Below are positions 1 through 9,502 of a stretch of 64,000 bases of DNA, one piece after another. The notes beneath the pieces are model-generated. The model saw only the letters and a program-made list of their open reading frames with translations, ran no database searches and was not told where the DNA came from. Origin of the DNA: Bacillales bacterium. GTDB lineage: Bacteria > Bacillota_I > Bacilli_A > RFN20 > CAG-449. Location: NCBI GenBank assembly GCA_029006735.1, contig JAQXGN010000055.1:3239-67238 (forward strand), in the 5' to 3' direction. The translations under genes were made by a program, and so were the position numbers. Numbering within the stretch: the stretch's first letter is position 1; every line of letters starts with the position of its first letter.

Positions 1-5
1 AATTT

Positions 6-26
6 TCTCAAGGTTGAGGTTTTTTT
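6..26 (+). terminator. possible rho-independent terminator of a + strand gene that ends upstream of the window
   Basis: Short hairpin TCTCA-AGGT-TGAGG followed by T7 (20-26). The stem is only 5 bp and lies at the window edge. Confidence 0.3.
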
Positions 27-220
27 ATTTATATACAAATATTTGATTTCAATAAAATTAGATAGATTTCATAAAATCTAAAAAAATATACTGATAAAAA
101 TTTATTTGTTACCAAGATTTTTTTGTATTATATCAAAACTTAGAATCATTTAGAAATCTTTTTTTGGTTCTAAGATATTTTAAATAAATATAATAAATTT
201 TAATGCTTTATATAAAAATA

Positions 221-253
221 TACTAAATAGATACTAAATATATACTATTTAAT
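221..253 (+). repeat. TACTA-N6 x3 array, 11-bp phased direct repeats (copy 1)
   Basis: Units read tactaaataga/tactaaatata/tactatttaat. The third unit overlaps the plsY stop codon (245-247). Same architecture as 10813-10845 and 15746-15778. Confidence 0.8.
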
Positions 254-985
254 CTTTTTATCAAAGATATGTACTGTTTTTTCTTCACCTTTCATTAATC
301 TAACAATATTGTCTTTATGACGAATAATTAAGATAATTGAAAAGAGAATTAATGAACATGAATAGATAATTTTTGATAAAGGAACACTAGCATTAGCAAT
401 ATTAAAATTCATCATCCATGGTGGTAAAAAGATTAAAGCGAACGAAGTTAAAGCGATAATACTTGAGGCTAACATTGATGATAAAGATACTTTTTTTCTT
501 AATCTTAATATAACCATAAAGACAATAAAACCAAATATTGATAATGACCAAGAACTTGCTAAACAAATTCCACCAAAACTAGATACTGCTTTTCCACCTT
601 TAAAACCATATTGGATAGGGAAACAATGACCTATGATTGCTCCAAGAGCAGATATGATAAACCCATAATCCTCTAAAGCACCATATTTAACTAAGTTTTC
701 TTCAGAAATTAAATTATGTAAAACTGGGATATATTTGATTAAAAAATAACATAATAATACTGCAATAATTGTTTTTAAACAATCCAAAATAATACATAAT
801 AAACCATATTTTTTACCATATACTCTTCCGACATTTGTTCCTCCAGCATTATGTGAACCATAATTTCTTACATCTTCATTAAAAATCTTTTTACTAATGA
901 GAATACCATTTGAAAAACTACCAAAAAAATAACCAATAATTAAACAAATTAATAATGTTAATATGATGTAGATAATCGTTGGCAT
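245..985 (-). CDS. plsY: glycerol-3-phosphate acyltransferase PlsY
   Basis: Polytopic membrane protein with the PlsY signature GSHNAGGTNVGR. The ORF-track TTG start at 1012 was trimmed to ATG 985, which is preceded by AGAGGAGGAAAG. plsY-parE-parC order matches Bacillus. Confidence 0.85.
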   Translation of the reverse strand: MPTIIYIILTLLICLIIGYFFGSFSNGILISKKIFNEDVRNYGSHNAGGTNVGRVYGKKYGLLCIILDCLKTIIAVLLCYFLIKYIPVLHNLISEENLVKYGALEDYGFIISALGAIIGHCFPIQYGFKGGKAVSSFGGICLASSWSLSIFGFIVFMVILRLRKKVSLSSMLASSIIALTSFALIFLPPWMMNFNIANASVPLSKIIYSCSLILFSIILIIRHKDNIVRLMKGEEKTVHIFDKKIK

Positions 986-1054
986 GTAATCTTTCCTCCT
1001 CTTGTAAATCAAAAATAATATTAATATATTAATATAGAATTTTAAAGTATTTTT

Positions 1055-1063
1055 TGTTATAAT
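1055..1063 (+). promoter_or_regulatory. possible extended -10 promoter (TGTTATAAT) for parE-parC
   Basis: TGnTATAAT lies about 33 nt upstream of the parE ATG. The -35 region is weak. Confidence 0.35.
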
Positions 1064-1095
1064 TCAAATGTTGCAGTGAAAGTGAGGTTTTTATA

Positions 1096-3045
1096 ATGGA
1101 CAGCTATAAAGCATCTGATCTTAAGATTTTAAAAGGTCTTGATCCTGTTAAAAAAAGACCTGGTATGTATATAGGTTCTACCGATTGGCGTGGTACTCAT
1201 CATTTAGTTTGGGAGATTGTTGATAACGCAATCGATGAAGCAATTGCAGGCTATGGTAAAAAAATCACAATTACAATAAATAAAGATGAATCTATTACTA
1301 TAAGTGATGAGGGTCGAGGAATTCCATGCGACTATAATGAAAAAGAAAAAATGGAAGGCATGGATATTGTATTCTGTACTCTTCATGGTGGTGGTAAATT
1401 TGATGGGTCAAATTATAAATCTGCCGCAGGTCTTCATGGTGTAGGTTCTGCTTGTGTTAATGCTTTATCTACTTTTGTAAAAGTAAATGTATATAAAGAT
1501 GGCAAAGAATATTATGCTGAATATCATAATGGGGGAAATAAAAAATCGGGAACTAAATTGATTGGTCCTACAACTAAAAGAGGTACTACAATTACTTTTA
1601 AACCTGACTCTAAATTACTTCCTGAACCTATTTTTAATTATGATTTAATTTGTGAAAGAATTAATAATTCAGCTTGTCAATGTCCTGGAGTTAGATTTAT
1701 TTTATCGGATGATCGAGTAAAAGGTGGAAAAAAACAAGAGTATTTCTATACTGATGGAATTAAAGAATATTTGGAAAGAAAAAATTCTGCACATAAACCA
1801 CTTCATCCTTTAGGATATTTTTCTGATGTAAGTAAAGAAATTAAAGTAGAATTTGCTTTCCAATTTTTACAAGATGTCTATGAAGAGAAAGTATATAGTT
1901 TTGCTAATTCGATTTATACTTCTTTAGAAGGATCTCATGTTAGAGGATATCGTTCTGGATTAACAAAAGCATTTAATGAATATATTGAAAGAAATAAATT
2001 ATTAAAAAATGGAAAACTTGATGGAAATGATATTCGTGAAGGTTTATCTTGTGTTGTTTCTGTAAGAATTCCTGAATCTAAAATCCAATTTGAAGGTCAA
2101 ACAAAAGAAAAATTAGGAACTCCAGATGCTTCAGTTGCAATGGATGCTTTAGTTTATCAAAATATGACTCGTTATTTAATTGAAAATAAAGAGTATGCAA
2201 AGGCAATTGTTACTAAAATATTACAAGCAAGAGATGCTCGTTTAGCAGCAAGAACTGCAAAAGATGATGTTAGAAAAATGTCACCAAAAGATGCAGAGAA
2301 AAATGCTTTATTATTATCTGGTAAATTAGTCCCACCTCAATCAAAAGACTATAAAAAGACAGAATTATTCATTGTTGAAGGTGATTCTGCTGGTGGAAGT
2401 GCAAAAAAATGTCGTGATAAAAAATATCAAGGTTTATTACCTTTACGTGGAAAACCTAAGAATATTTCAAATGATGCCGAAGATGCATTTATGAAAAATG
2501 AAGAATTATCGACCTTAGCTTATACAATTGGCACAGGTACAGGAAAAGATTTTAATATTCGTAATTTACATTATGATAAAGTTATTATTATGACCGATGC
2601 TGATACTGATGGTGCACATATTCAAAATTTATTAATTAACTTTTTCTATCTTAAAATGCGTCCATTAATTGAACTTGGACATATTTATGTTGCTTGTCCA
2701 CCTTTATATCGTGTTAGTAAAATGGTGGGGAAAAAAGTTATTGAAGAATTTGCATGGAATCAAGTCGAATTAGATCAAGCTAAGAAAAAGATTGGTAGTG
2801 GATATCAAGTTTCTCGATATAAAGGACTTGGTGAAATGGATGCTGATCAATTATGGAAAACAACAATGGATCCAATGCATAGAAAATTGATTAGATTAAC
2901 AATTGAAGATGCAGATACTGCCGGTAAGTATGTTTCTTTATTTATGGGTAAAGATGCATCATTAAGAAATGATTGGATTAAAGAAAATGTTGATTTTTCT
3001 ACAAAAGGAGATTTCTTTGTTGAGGAGGTGAAGAATAATGGCTAA
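1096..3045 (+). CDS. parE: DNA topoisomerase IV subunit B
   Basis: GHKL ATPase and TOPRIM motifs are present (GLHGVG, EGDSAGGS, PLRGK, DADTDGAHI). It overlaps the downstream ParC-type subunit by 8 nt and is adjacent to plsY. Confidence 0.85.
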   Translation: MDSYKASDLKILKGLDPVKKRPGMYIGSTDWRGTHHLVWEIVDNAIDEAIAGYGKKITITINKDESITISDEGRGIPCDYNEKEKMEGMDIVFCTLHGGGKFDGSNYKSAAGLHGVGSACVNALSTFVKVNVYKDGKEYYAEYHNGGNKKSGTKLIGPTTKRGTTITFKPDSKLLPEPIFNYDLICERINNSACQCPGVRFILSDDRVKGGKKQEYFYTDGIKEYLERKNSAHKPLHPLGYFSDVSKEIKVEFAFQFLQDVYEEKVYSFANSIYTSLEGSHVRGYRSGLTKAFNEYIERNKLLKNGKLDGNDIREGLSCVVSVRIPESKIQFEGQTKEKLGTPDASVAMDALVYQNMTRYLIENKEYAKAIVTKILQARDARLAARTAKDDVRKMSPKDAEKNALLLSGKLVPPQSKDYKKTELFIVEGDSAGGSAKKCRDKKYQGLLPLRGKPKNISNDAEDAFMKNEELSTLAYTIGTGTGKDFNIRNLHYDKVIIMTDADTDGAHIQNLLINFFYLKMRPLIELGHIYVACPPLYRVSKMVGKKVIEEFAWNQVELDQAKKKIGSGYQVSRYKGLGEMDADQLWKTTMDPMHRKLIRLTIEDADTAGKYVSLFMGKDASLRNDWIKENVDFSTKGDFFVEEVKNNG

Positions 3046-5650
3046 AAAGAAAGAGATTATTCAATCTGAAGTTTATGAAGAAGAGATTATTAGTTCACCG
3101 ATTGAAGAAGTAATGTCAAATGGTTTTGGTCGTTATTCTAAGTATGTTCTTCAAGAAAGAGCAGTTCCTGATGTTAGAGATGGTTTAAAACCAGTTCAAA
3201 GAAGAATTTTATATACAATGATTCTTGAGGGTAATACTTCAAATAAACCTACTAGAAAGTGTGCTCGTACAGTTGGTGCAGTTATTGGTAGATTCCATCC
3301 TCATGGTGACACTTCAGTCTATGAAGCAATGGTTCGTTTATCTCAAGATTGGAAAATGCGTTATCCTTTAATTGATTTTCAAGGGAATAATGGGTCAATA
3401 GATGGTGATGGACCTGCTGCATATCGTTATACAGAAGCAAGATTATCAGAATTATCTGATTTAATGGTTCAAGATTTAAATAAAAATACAGTTGATATGC
3501 AACTTAACTTTGATGATCAAGAATTTGAACCTGTTGTTTTACCATGTCGATTCCCAAATATGCTTGTTAATGGAACTCAAGGTATCGCTATTGGTGCTTC
3601 TACTGATATTCCACCTCATAACTTAAGTGAAGTTATTGATGCGATTAATTATCGTATTTCCCATAAAAATTGTTCAACTGAAGATTTAATGCAATTTATT
3701 AAAGGCCCTGATTTTCCTACGGGTGGTATTATTAAAGATCAAAAATCTTTATTACAAATCTATAAAAATGGAAATGGTTCAATAAAATTATGGTGTAAAG
3801 TTGATATCGATACTTCAAATAAAGATGTTGATCAAATTATTATTCATGAAATACCATGGGGTAAAGATAAATCTGAATTAGTTAGTAATATCGATAAATG
3901 TCGTTTTGCAAATGGATTAACTGCGATATTAGAAACTCGTGATGAAACTGATAGAGACGGATTAAGAATTGTAATTGATGTTAAAAAAGGATCAGGGGCA
4001 GATAATATCTTGAATTTCTTATTATCAAAAGGTGTTTTAAGTACCACAATTAAGTTCAATTCTTTAGTTATTGATAATAATCGTCCATTAGTTGCATCAT
4101 TATTGGAAATGATTGATCGTTATATTGATCATCAAGTTGATGTTTTAACTCGAAGAAGTCAATTTGACTTAAATAAAGCAAAAAATCGTCTTCACATTGT
4201 GGAAGGCTTAATTCATGCTTGTTCTATTATTGATCAAGTTGTTCACACAATTAGACAATCTAAAGATAAACAAGATGCAAAAATTAAATTAGTTAATAAT
4301 TTTCAATTTAGTGAAGTTCAAACTGATGCTATTTTAAATTTACAATTATATCGTTTATCTAATATTGATATAGCAACACTAGAAAAAGAAGAAATCGATT
4401 TAAAAGAGACAATTAATTATTTGGAAGGTTTATTATCTTCACAAACTAAGATGAATAACTTAATCAAATCTGATTTAACAAAAGTTAAAAATCAATTTGG
4501 TGATGAAAGAAAAACATTAATTGAAGAACAAGACACATCATTTGAAGTTGATAAATTAGCATTAATCAATAAAGAAGATGTCATGGTAGCTATTACTCGA
4601 GATGGCTATATTAAGCGTAGTAACATGAAATCATATAAATCAGCGCAAGATAGTCTTCCAGGAATTAAAGTTGGAGATGCTTTCCGTGGTATTTTAAAAA
4701 CAACAACAATTGATACATTATTGTTATTCACTAATTTTGGTAACTATATAGCTGTTCCTGTTTATAAATTAATTGACAATAAATGGAAAGAAGAAGGGGC
4801 ACATATTAATGATATTTCATCCTTATCACCAAATGAAAAAATTGTTTCAGTTATCGATGTTGCTGAATATAAAAAAGGTGTTTATGTTATTTCTTTAACT
4901 AAATTAGGACAAATTAAACGTTGCCATTTATATCAATATGAAACATCAAATAGTAAAAAACCAATTAAGTGTTTTAAATTACAAGATAAAGATGAAGTTA
5001 TTGATGTCAAGGTTGGATATGGTCAATCTCGGGTCTTAATTCTATCAGATAATGGAACAACTTCTTATTATGATGAAAGTGAAATTAAACCAGTTGGATT
5101 AAAAGCAGGTGGAGTAAAAGGAATTAAACTTGATAAAGATTCTAAAGAAGTTGCTGGTTTATTGACTATTGAAGAAGATGAAAAGATTAGGTTACTTGCC
5201 TTAACTAATCATAAAGGTGTTAGAATTGTTGATGCACATAACTTAAATATGACTTATAAGTTAGGAGCTAAACAACAATTGTTTAAATCATTTAAATCTG
5301 ATCCTCAAACAGCAATCTATTTAGGTAAGATTGATAAAAAAGAAGAAAATCCATCAGTTACTGTTTTATTTGAAAATCAAGAAGTCATTAATATTGATTT
5401 AAAGGATGTGAAGAATTTACCATTTGATAACTATTTAAAGAGTAATTTAAATATTATTAATGATTTTGATATGGTCGATGTTTACGAGTTTATCGTCCCT
5501 TGTATTTCAGAAGATACAAAAGTGAAGGAACCTCTTATTAAAGAAGATGAACCTCGATTAGTTGAAGAAATATCAACTCATAAAGCTAAAGTACAAGATG
5601 AAGAAGTAAGTGTTCAATTATCTTTATTTGACTTTGTTGATGATGATTAA
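3038..5650 (+). CDS. parC: DNA topoisomerase IV subunit A, with about 60 aa of extra acidic C-terminal tail
   Basis: FGRYSKY...PDVRDGLKPVQRRILY and AAYRYTEARL (catalytic Tyr region) are present and no GyrA-box was seen. The tail ends ...VQLSLFDFVDDD. Confidence 0.85.
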   Translation: MAKKKEIIQSEVYEEEIISSPIEEVMSNGFGRYSKYVLQERAVPDVRDGLKPVQRRILYTMILEGNTSNKPTRKCARTVGAVIGRFHPHGDTSVYEAMVRLSQDWKMRYPLIDFQGNNGSIDGDGPAAYRYTEARLSELSDLMVQDLNKNTVDMQLNFDDQEFEPVVLPCRFPNMLVNGTQGIAIGASTDIPPHNLSEVIDAINYRISHKNCSTEDLMQFIKGPDFPTGGIIKDQKSLLQIYKNGNGSIKLWCKVDIDTSNKDVDQIIIHEIPWGKDKSELVSNIDKCRFANGLTAILETRDETDRDGLRIVIDVKKGSGADNILNFLLSKGVLSTTIKFNSLVIDNNRPLVASLLEMIDRYIDHQVDVLTRRSQFDLNKAKNRLHIVEGLIHACSIIDQVVHTIRQSKDKQDAKIKLVNNFQFSEVQTDAILNLQLYRLSNIDIATLEKEEIDLKETINYLEGLLSSQTKMNNLIKSDLTKVKNQFGDERKTLIEEQDTSFEVDKLALINKEDVMVAITRDGYIKRSNMKSYKSAQDSLPGIKVGDAFRGILKTTTIDTLLLFTNFGNYIAVPVYKLIDNKWKEEGAHINDISSLSPNEKIVSVIDVAEYKKGVYVISLTKLGQIKRCHLYQYETSNSKKPIKCFKLQDKDEVIDVKVGYGQSRVLILSDNGTTSYYDESEIKPVGLKAGGVKGIKLDKDSKEVAGLLTIEEDEKIRLLALTNHKGVRIVDAHNLNMTYKLGAKQQLFKSFKSDPQTAIYLGKIDKKEENPSVTVLFENQEVINIDLKDVKNLPFDNYLKSNLNIINDFDMVDVYEFIVPCISEDTKVKEPLIKEDEPRLVEEISTHKAKVQDEEVSVQLSLFDFVDDD

Positions 5651-6342
5651 TAATTATACTTTTTAAACTCAGAAAGGAGCTTTATTAAAGCTCTTTTTTC
5701 TATTCTAGATACATAACTTCGCGATATATGATACATTTTTGAAATTTCTTTTTGAGTATGTTCTACTTCGTTATTTAATCCATACCTTAAAGATATAATC
5801 TTTAGTTCACGTTCATCTAGTATTTCTAAATAACGATTTAAAGCTTTTATTTTTTGTTTCGTTTCTAATTGTTCTTCCAAAGAATCATCGATAGAAGGGT
5901 AGATATCAATTAGATGAATTTCTTGACCATCTTTATCTACACCTAATGGTTCATTTAATGAAACATTTTTTGAGTGTTTTTTATTACTTCTTAAAACCAT
6001 TAATATCTCATTTTCAATACAGCGAGCAGCATAGGTTGCTAGTTTTACGTTTTTTTCGTAAGAGAATGTATCTACTGCTTTAACTAAACCGATTGTACCA
6101 ATAGAAATTAGGTCATCTATATTTTCATCTTTTGATTCATATTTGCTTGCAATATGAGCTACTAAGCGTAAATTATGAGTTATTAGCTTGTTTCTTGCTT
6201 CATCGTGAGTCTCTTGATTAAAGAATTCTTTCATGCATTTTTCTTCTTCTTGTGGACTTAATGAAGGCGGTAAGACAGAGTTTTGAATAAAGCCTAAAAG
6301 GAAAGAGCAATTTAGTAAAGAAAGTATAAGATTTAAAAACAT
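5647..6342 (-). CDS. sigK: sporulation sigma factor K precursor (pro-sigma-K), uninterrupted
   Basis: The hydrophobic pro-sequence is followed by LRLVAHIASKY, DLISIGTIGLVKA, ATYAARCIENEILM, NVSLNEPLGVDKDGQEIHLIDI and ISRSYVSRIEKRALIKL. These segments match B. subtilis SigK better than SigE. Confidence 0.8.
   Translation of the reverse strand: MFLNLILSLLNCSFLLGFIQNSVLPPSLSPQEEEKCMKEFFNQETHDEARNKLITHNLRLVAHIASKYESKDENIDDLISIGTIGLVKAVDTFSYEKNVKLATYAARCIENEILMVLRSNKKHSKNVSLNEPLGVDKDGQEIHLIDIYPSIDDSLEEQLETKQKIKALNRYLEILDERELKIISLRYGLNNEVEHTQKEISKMYHISRSYVSRIEKRALIKLLSEFKKYNY
5675..5699 (+). terminator. rho-independent terminator of parC, embedded in the 3' coding end of convergent sigK
   Basis: Hairpin GAGCTTT-att-AAAGCTC (5677-5693) is followed by T6 (5694-5699). 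No T-run follows it on the opposite strand. Confidence 0.6.
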
Positions 6343-6422
6343 ATATTCACCATTAAAATTTATGATTTAAAAATAATGATATTCATCATTTATTAAATTA
6401 ATAAATTACTTTAACGATGATA

Positions 6423-6451
6423 TTTAAATTCATATGAATTTATCTTATAAT
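6423..6451 (+). promoter_or_regulatory. possible sigma-A promoter of the yqeG operon
   Basis: TTTAAA-17 nt-TATAAT (-10 at 6446-6451), with the SD GAGGAG and ATG 6469 downstream. Confidence 0.35.
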
Positions 6452-6468
6452 TAATATGAGGAGAATAT

Positions 6469-6987
6469 ATGCGAAATTATATACCAGATTTTTATGCGAA
6501 AAATATCTATATAATTCCTAATGATTTTTATAAAAATCATCATTTTTCTATTTTATTTGTAGATTTAGATAATACATTAGATTCATACTTATGTGAAACT
6601 CCTTCAAAAAAAGCTCTTGATTTAGTTAATGAATTAAAATCGATAGGAATAAAAATATTTATTATTTCTAATAATCATTATGAGCGAGTAAAAAAATATG
6701 CGAGTGTACTAGAAGTTGAATACTTATATAAATCAGGTAAACCTTTTGGTAAAAAAATTAATCAATTTATTGACGATAAAAAATTAAATCGAGATAATAT
6801 TCTATTAATTGGTGATCAACTAATAACTGATATTCGAACTAGTAAAAGAATTAAAGTGAAATCATTATTAACGGATAAACTAGTAAAAGAAGATCAATGG
6901 ACTACAAGATTTAATCGTATCGCGGATACAATAATAAGAAATAGATTAAGAAAAAAGAATATTTTAAGTTCTAAGGAGGTAAAATAA
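6469..6987 (+). CDS. yqeG: YqeG-family HAD-IIIA phosphatase
   Basis: DLDNTL and GDQLITD HAD motifs, and first position in a yqeG-yqeH-yhbY-nadD-rsfS operon. Confidence 0.8.
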   Translation: MRNYIPDFYAKNIYIIPNDFYKNHHFSILFVDLDNTLDSYLCETPSKKALDLVNELKSIGIKIFIISNNHYERVKKYASVLEVEYLYKSGKPFGKKINQFIDDKKLNRDNILLIGDQLITDIRTSKRIKVKSLLTDKLVKEDQWTTRFNRIADTIIRNRLRKKNILSSKEVK

Positions 6988-8099
6988 TGGGAAAAGTTGT
7001 ATTAAGATGCTATGGATGTGGTTGTGAACTACAAAATTCAAATCCTAATGTCACTGGATATACCCCAAAATTAATTGAAGGTAATAGTGTGATATTTTGT
7101 CAACGTTGTTTTCGTTTACAACATTATGGAATCAATAATGATGAAAATGTGTCTACTCCTAAATTTGATCAAATATTAGCTAAAGCTATTAAGAAGAAAA
7201 ATTTAATTCTTTACGTAGTTGATTTATTTAATATTGAAGGATCGATAATTAAAGAAGCTCATAAATATATCAAAGATAATCCAGTTTTAGTTTTAGCAAA
7301 TAAAAGAGATATTTTACCTAAGCTAATAGATGATAATAAATTAAGAGAATTTGTTTATCAAAGATTAAAAAGTGAAGGGGTTAAACCTTTAGATATCATT
7401 ATTGTCTCTGCATATAAAAATTATAATTTAGATGAAATCTATTTAGCATGTAGAACGTTAAGAAATAAAGGTGATATTTATATTATTGGTGCATCTAGTG
7501 TTGGTAAATCATCTTTCTTAAATTCATTTATGAAATCATATAAAAATGAAACAAGAAATGTTATTTCTACTTCACCTTATCCAGGAACGACAGTAAGTAC
7601 AATTACAATTCCAATTGATAATAAGAGCTATATTCATGATACTCCTGGGGTACTTGTCAAAGATTCTTTCTACGGATTATTAGAAAAGAGTGCAATAAAA
7701 TATGTTATTCCACGTACCGAAATTCGTCCAAAGTCATTTCAATTGAATTCTAAACAAGCTGTTTTTATTGGTGGTCTTGCTAAAATAGAAATTATTGATG
7801 GAAGTAAGTGTGGTTATACTTTCTATGTATCGAATGATGTTGAATTACATCGTTGTAAGTTAGAGAATACTAATGTTAGTTTTGATTCATTAGTATCAAG
7901 AGCAAAAATTAGACCAACAAGTGTAATTGTTAGAAGTTCAGAAGATTTAATTAGTCATGAATTTGTCCTACCAGAAGATAAATCTGTTGATATTGTTATT
8001 TCAGGCCTTGGTTGGGTTGCAACAAAAGGAAAAGGACAAAAAATTATTGTTAAAGCACCAAAAGGTATCAATGTTATTATTCGTGATAGTGAAATTTAG
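6987..8099 (+). CDS. yqeH: ribosome biogenesis GTPase YqeH
   Basis: N-terminal CxxC...CxRC zinc ribbon and a circularly permuted GTPase (NKRD ... GASSVGKS ... DTPG). Confidence 0.85.
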   Translation: MGKVVLRCYGCGCELQNSNPNVTGYTPKLIEGNSVIFCQRCFRLQHYGINNDENVSTPKFDQILAKAIKKKNLILYVVDLFNIEGSIIKEAHKYIKDNPVLVLANKRDILPKLIDDNKLREFVYQRLKSEGVKPLDIIIVSAYKNYNLDEIYLACRTLRNKGDIYIIGASSVGKSSFLNSFMKSYKNETRNVISTSPYPGTTVSTITIPIDNKSYIHDTPGVLVKDSFYGLLEKSAIKYVIPRTEIRPKSFQLNSKQAVFIGGLAKIEIIDGSKCGYTFYVSNDVELHRCKLENTNVSFDSLVSRAKIRPTSVIVRSSEDLISHEFVLPEDKSVDIVISGLGWVATKGKGQKIIVKAPKGINVIIRDSEI

Positions 8100-8108
8100 G
8101 AGAAGTCT

Positions 8109-8402
8109 ATGTTAAGTAAAAAACAAATTAAATATTTAAGAGGATTAGCAAATCCTCTTGATGCAAAATATCAAATCGGAAAAAGAGAATTATCTAAAGA
8201 ACAAATTGATATGCTTGATAAAGCTTTAATTAAGCATGAATTAATTAAAATTAGCGTTAATCGTAGTGTAGTTTCCCTTAAAGAAGAAATTGCAGGTGAA
8301 TTAAGCGAATGTTTACATGCTGAACTAATTCAAATTATTGGATCAGTTATTGTTCTATTTAGAAAAAATTTAAAGGAAAGTAATTATCATTTACCTCAAT
8401 AA
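8109..8402 (+). CDS. yhbY: YhbY/CRM-domain RNA-binding protein
   Basis: 97 aa with LSKKQIKYLRGLANPL...QIGK, typical of YhbY/YqeI, in the syntenic position. Confidence 0.8.
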   Translation: MLSKKQIKYLRGLANPLDAKYQIGKRELSKEQIDMLDKALIKHELIKISVNRSVVSLKEEIAGELSECLHAELIQIIGSVIVLFRKNLKESNYHLPQ

Positions 8403-8403
8403 T

Positions 8404-9501
8404 ATGAAAACGATAATTTTTGGTGGTTCATTTGACCCAATTCATAATGGTCATATACAAATTGCAAGAAAAGCTCAATCTATTCTAAATGCAGATCGAG
8501 TTCTTTTTCTAGTTGCAAAATCACCACGTTGGAAAAAGACAATGTCTTCGACTAATCATCGTATAAATATGTTAAAATTAGCCATTCAAAATGAAAAAAA
8601 TATGGAGATTTCATATTTAGAGGTCGATTCTATTGAAGAAGTGAATTATACTTATAAAACTTTATTAAGATATGAAAAGAAAGATGATGAGGAAGTTTAT
8701 TTTCTTTTTGGATATGATCAATTAGAAGTATTAGATAAGTGGTATGAGATTGATAAGTTAAAAGATTTAGTGCATTTAGTAGCCTTTAATCGCCTTGGTT
8801 ATTCTATTAATATGAATAATGTTACTAAATACAATGTTCAATTGATTGATATTGGATTATCTAGTATGTCAAGTAGTGCATTACGGGAATTAAAAAATGT
8901 AGATGCACCTAAAGAGGTTTTAGATTATATTGTTCAAAATGAACTATATTATATTCCTAAGATTAAATCATATATAAGTGGACATCGTTATGACCATACT
9001 ATAAGTGTGGCAAATACAGCTTATGAAATCGCTAAAAGGAATTCTATTAATGTAAGTAAAGCTTATATTGCAAGTTTACTTCATGATATTGGTAAAAATG
9101 TTGATATAAATTTGCAAGATGCGTTTGTGAAAAAGAATTATCCTAGTTACTATGGCTTATTACCTTTAGCTTTGTATCATCAATTTGTTAGTGTAGATAT
9201 TGCAAAAAATGACTTTAAAATTGATGATAATGAAATTATTGAAGCAATTAAGTATCATGCAACTGGGAAGGCAAATATGACTAAATTAATGAAATGCGTC
9301 TATGCTTCTGATAAGATTGAACCAACTAGAGACTATGATTCATCTTTATTAATTAATCAATGCAAAGAAGATATTGATTTAGGATTTAATCAAGTATTAG
9401 AAGAAAATGTGTTATTTTTTAAAAAGAAGAATATTCCGTTTAAAAATCTATTAACGATTTCATGTATCGAATATTATTTAGGAAAGGAAATATTAAAATA
9501 A
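8404..9501 (+). CDS. nadD: fusion of nicotinate-nucleotide adenylyltransferase NadD and HD-domain YqeK phosphohydrolase
   Basis: The N-terminal half has GGSFDPIHNGH. The C-terminal half has the HD motifs RYDHTISV and LLHDIGK. The two are separate adjacent genes in B. subtilis. Confidence 0.8.
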   Translation: MKTIIFGGSFDPIHNGHIQIARKAQSILNADRVLFLVAKSPRWKKTMSSTNHRINMLKLAIQNEKNMEISYLEVDSIEEVNYTYKTLLRYEKKDDEEVYFLFGYDQLEVLDKWYEIDKLKDLVHLVAFNRLGYSINMNNVTKYNVQLIDIGLSSMSSSALRELKNVDAPKEVLDYIVQNELYYIPKIKSYISGHRYDHTISVANTAYEIAKRNSINVSKAYIASLLHDIGKNVDINLQDAFVKKNYPSYYGLLPLALYHQFVSVDIAKNDFKIDDNEIIEAIKYHATGKANMTKLMKCVYASDKIEPTRDYDSSLLINQCKEDIDLGFNQVLEENVLFFKKKNIPFKNLLTISCIEYYLGKEILK

Positions 9502-9502
9502 G

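Noticed and set aside
135-174. A possible plsY terminator (CTTAGAA...TTCTAAG followed by TTTT on the - strand).
   Set aside because: The 7-bp AT-rich stem has a ~20-nt loop, which is too weak to call as a feature.
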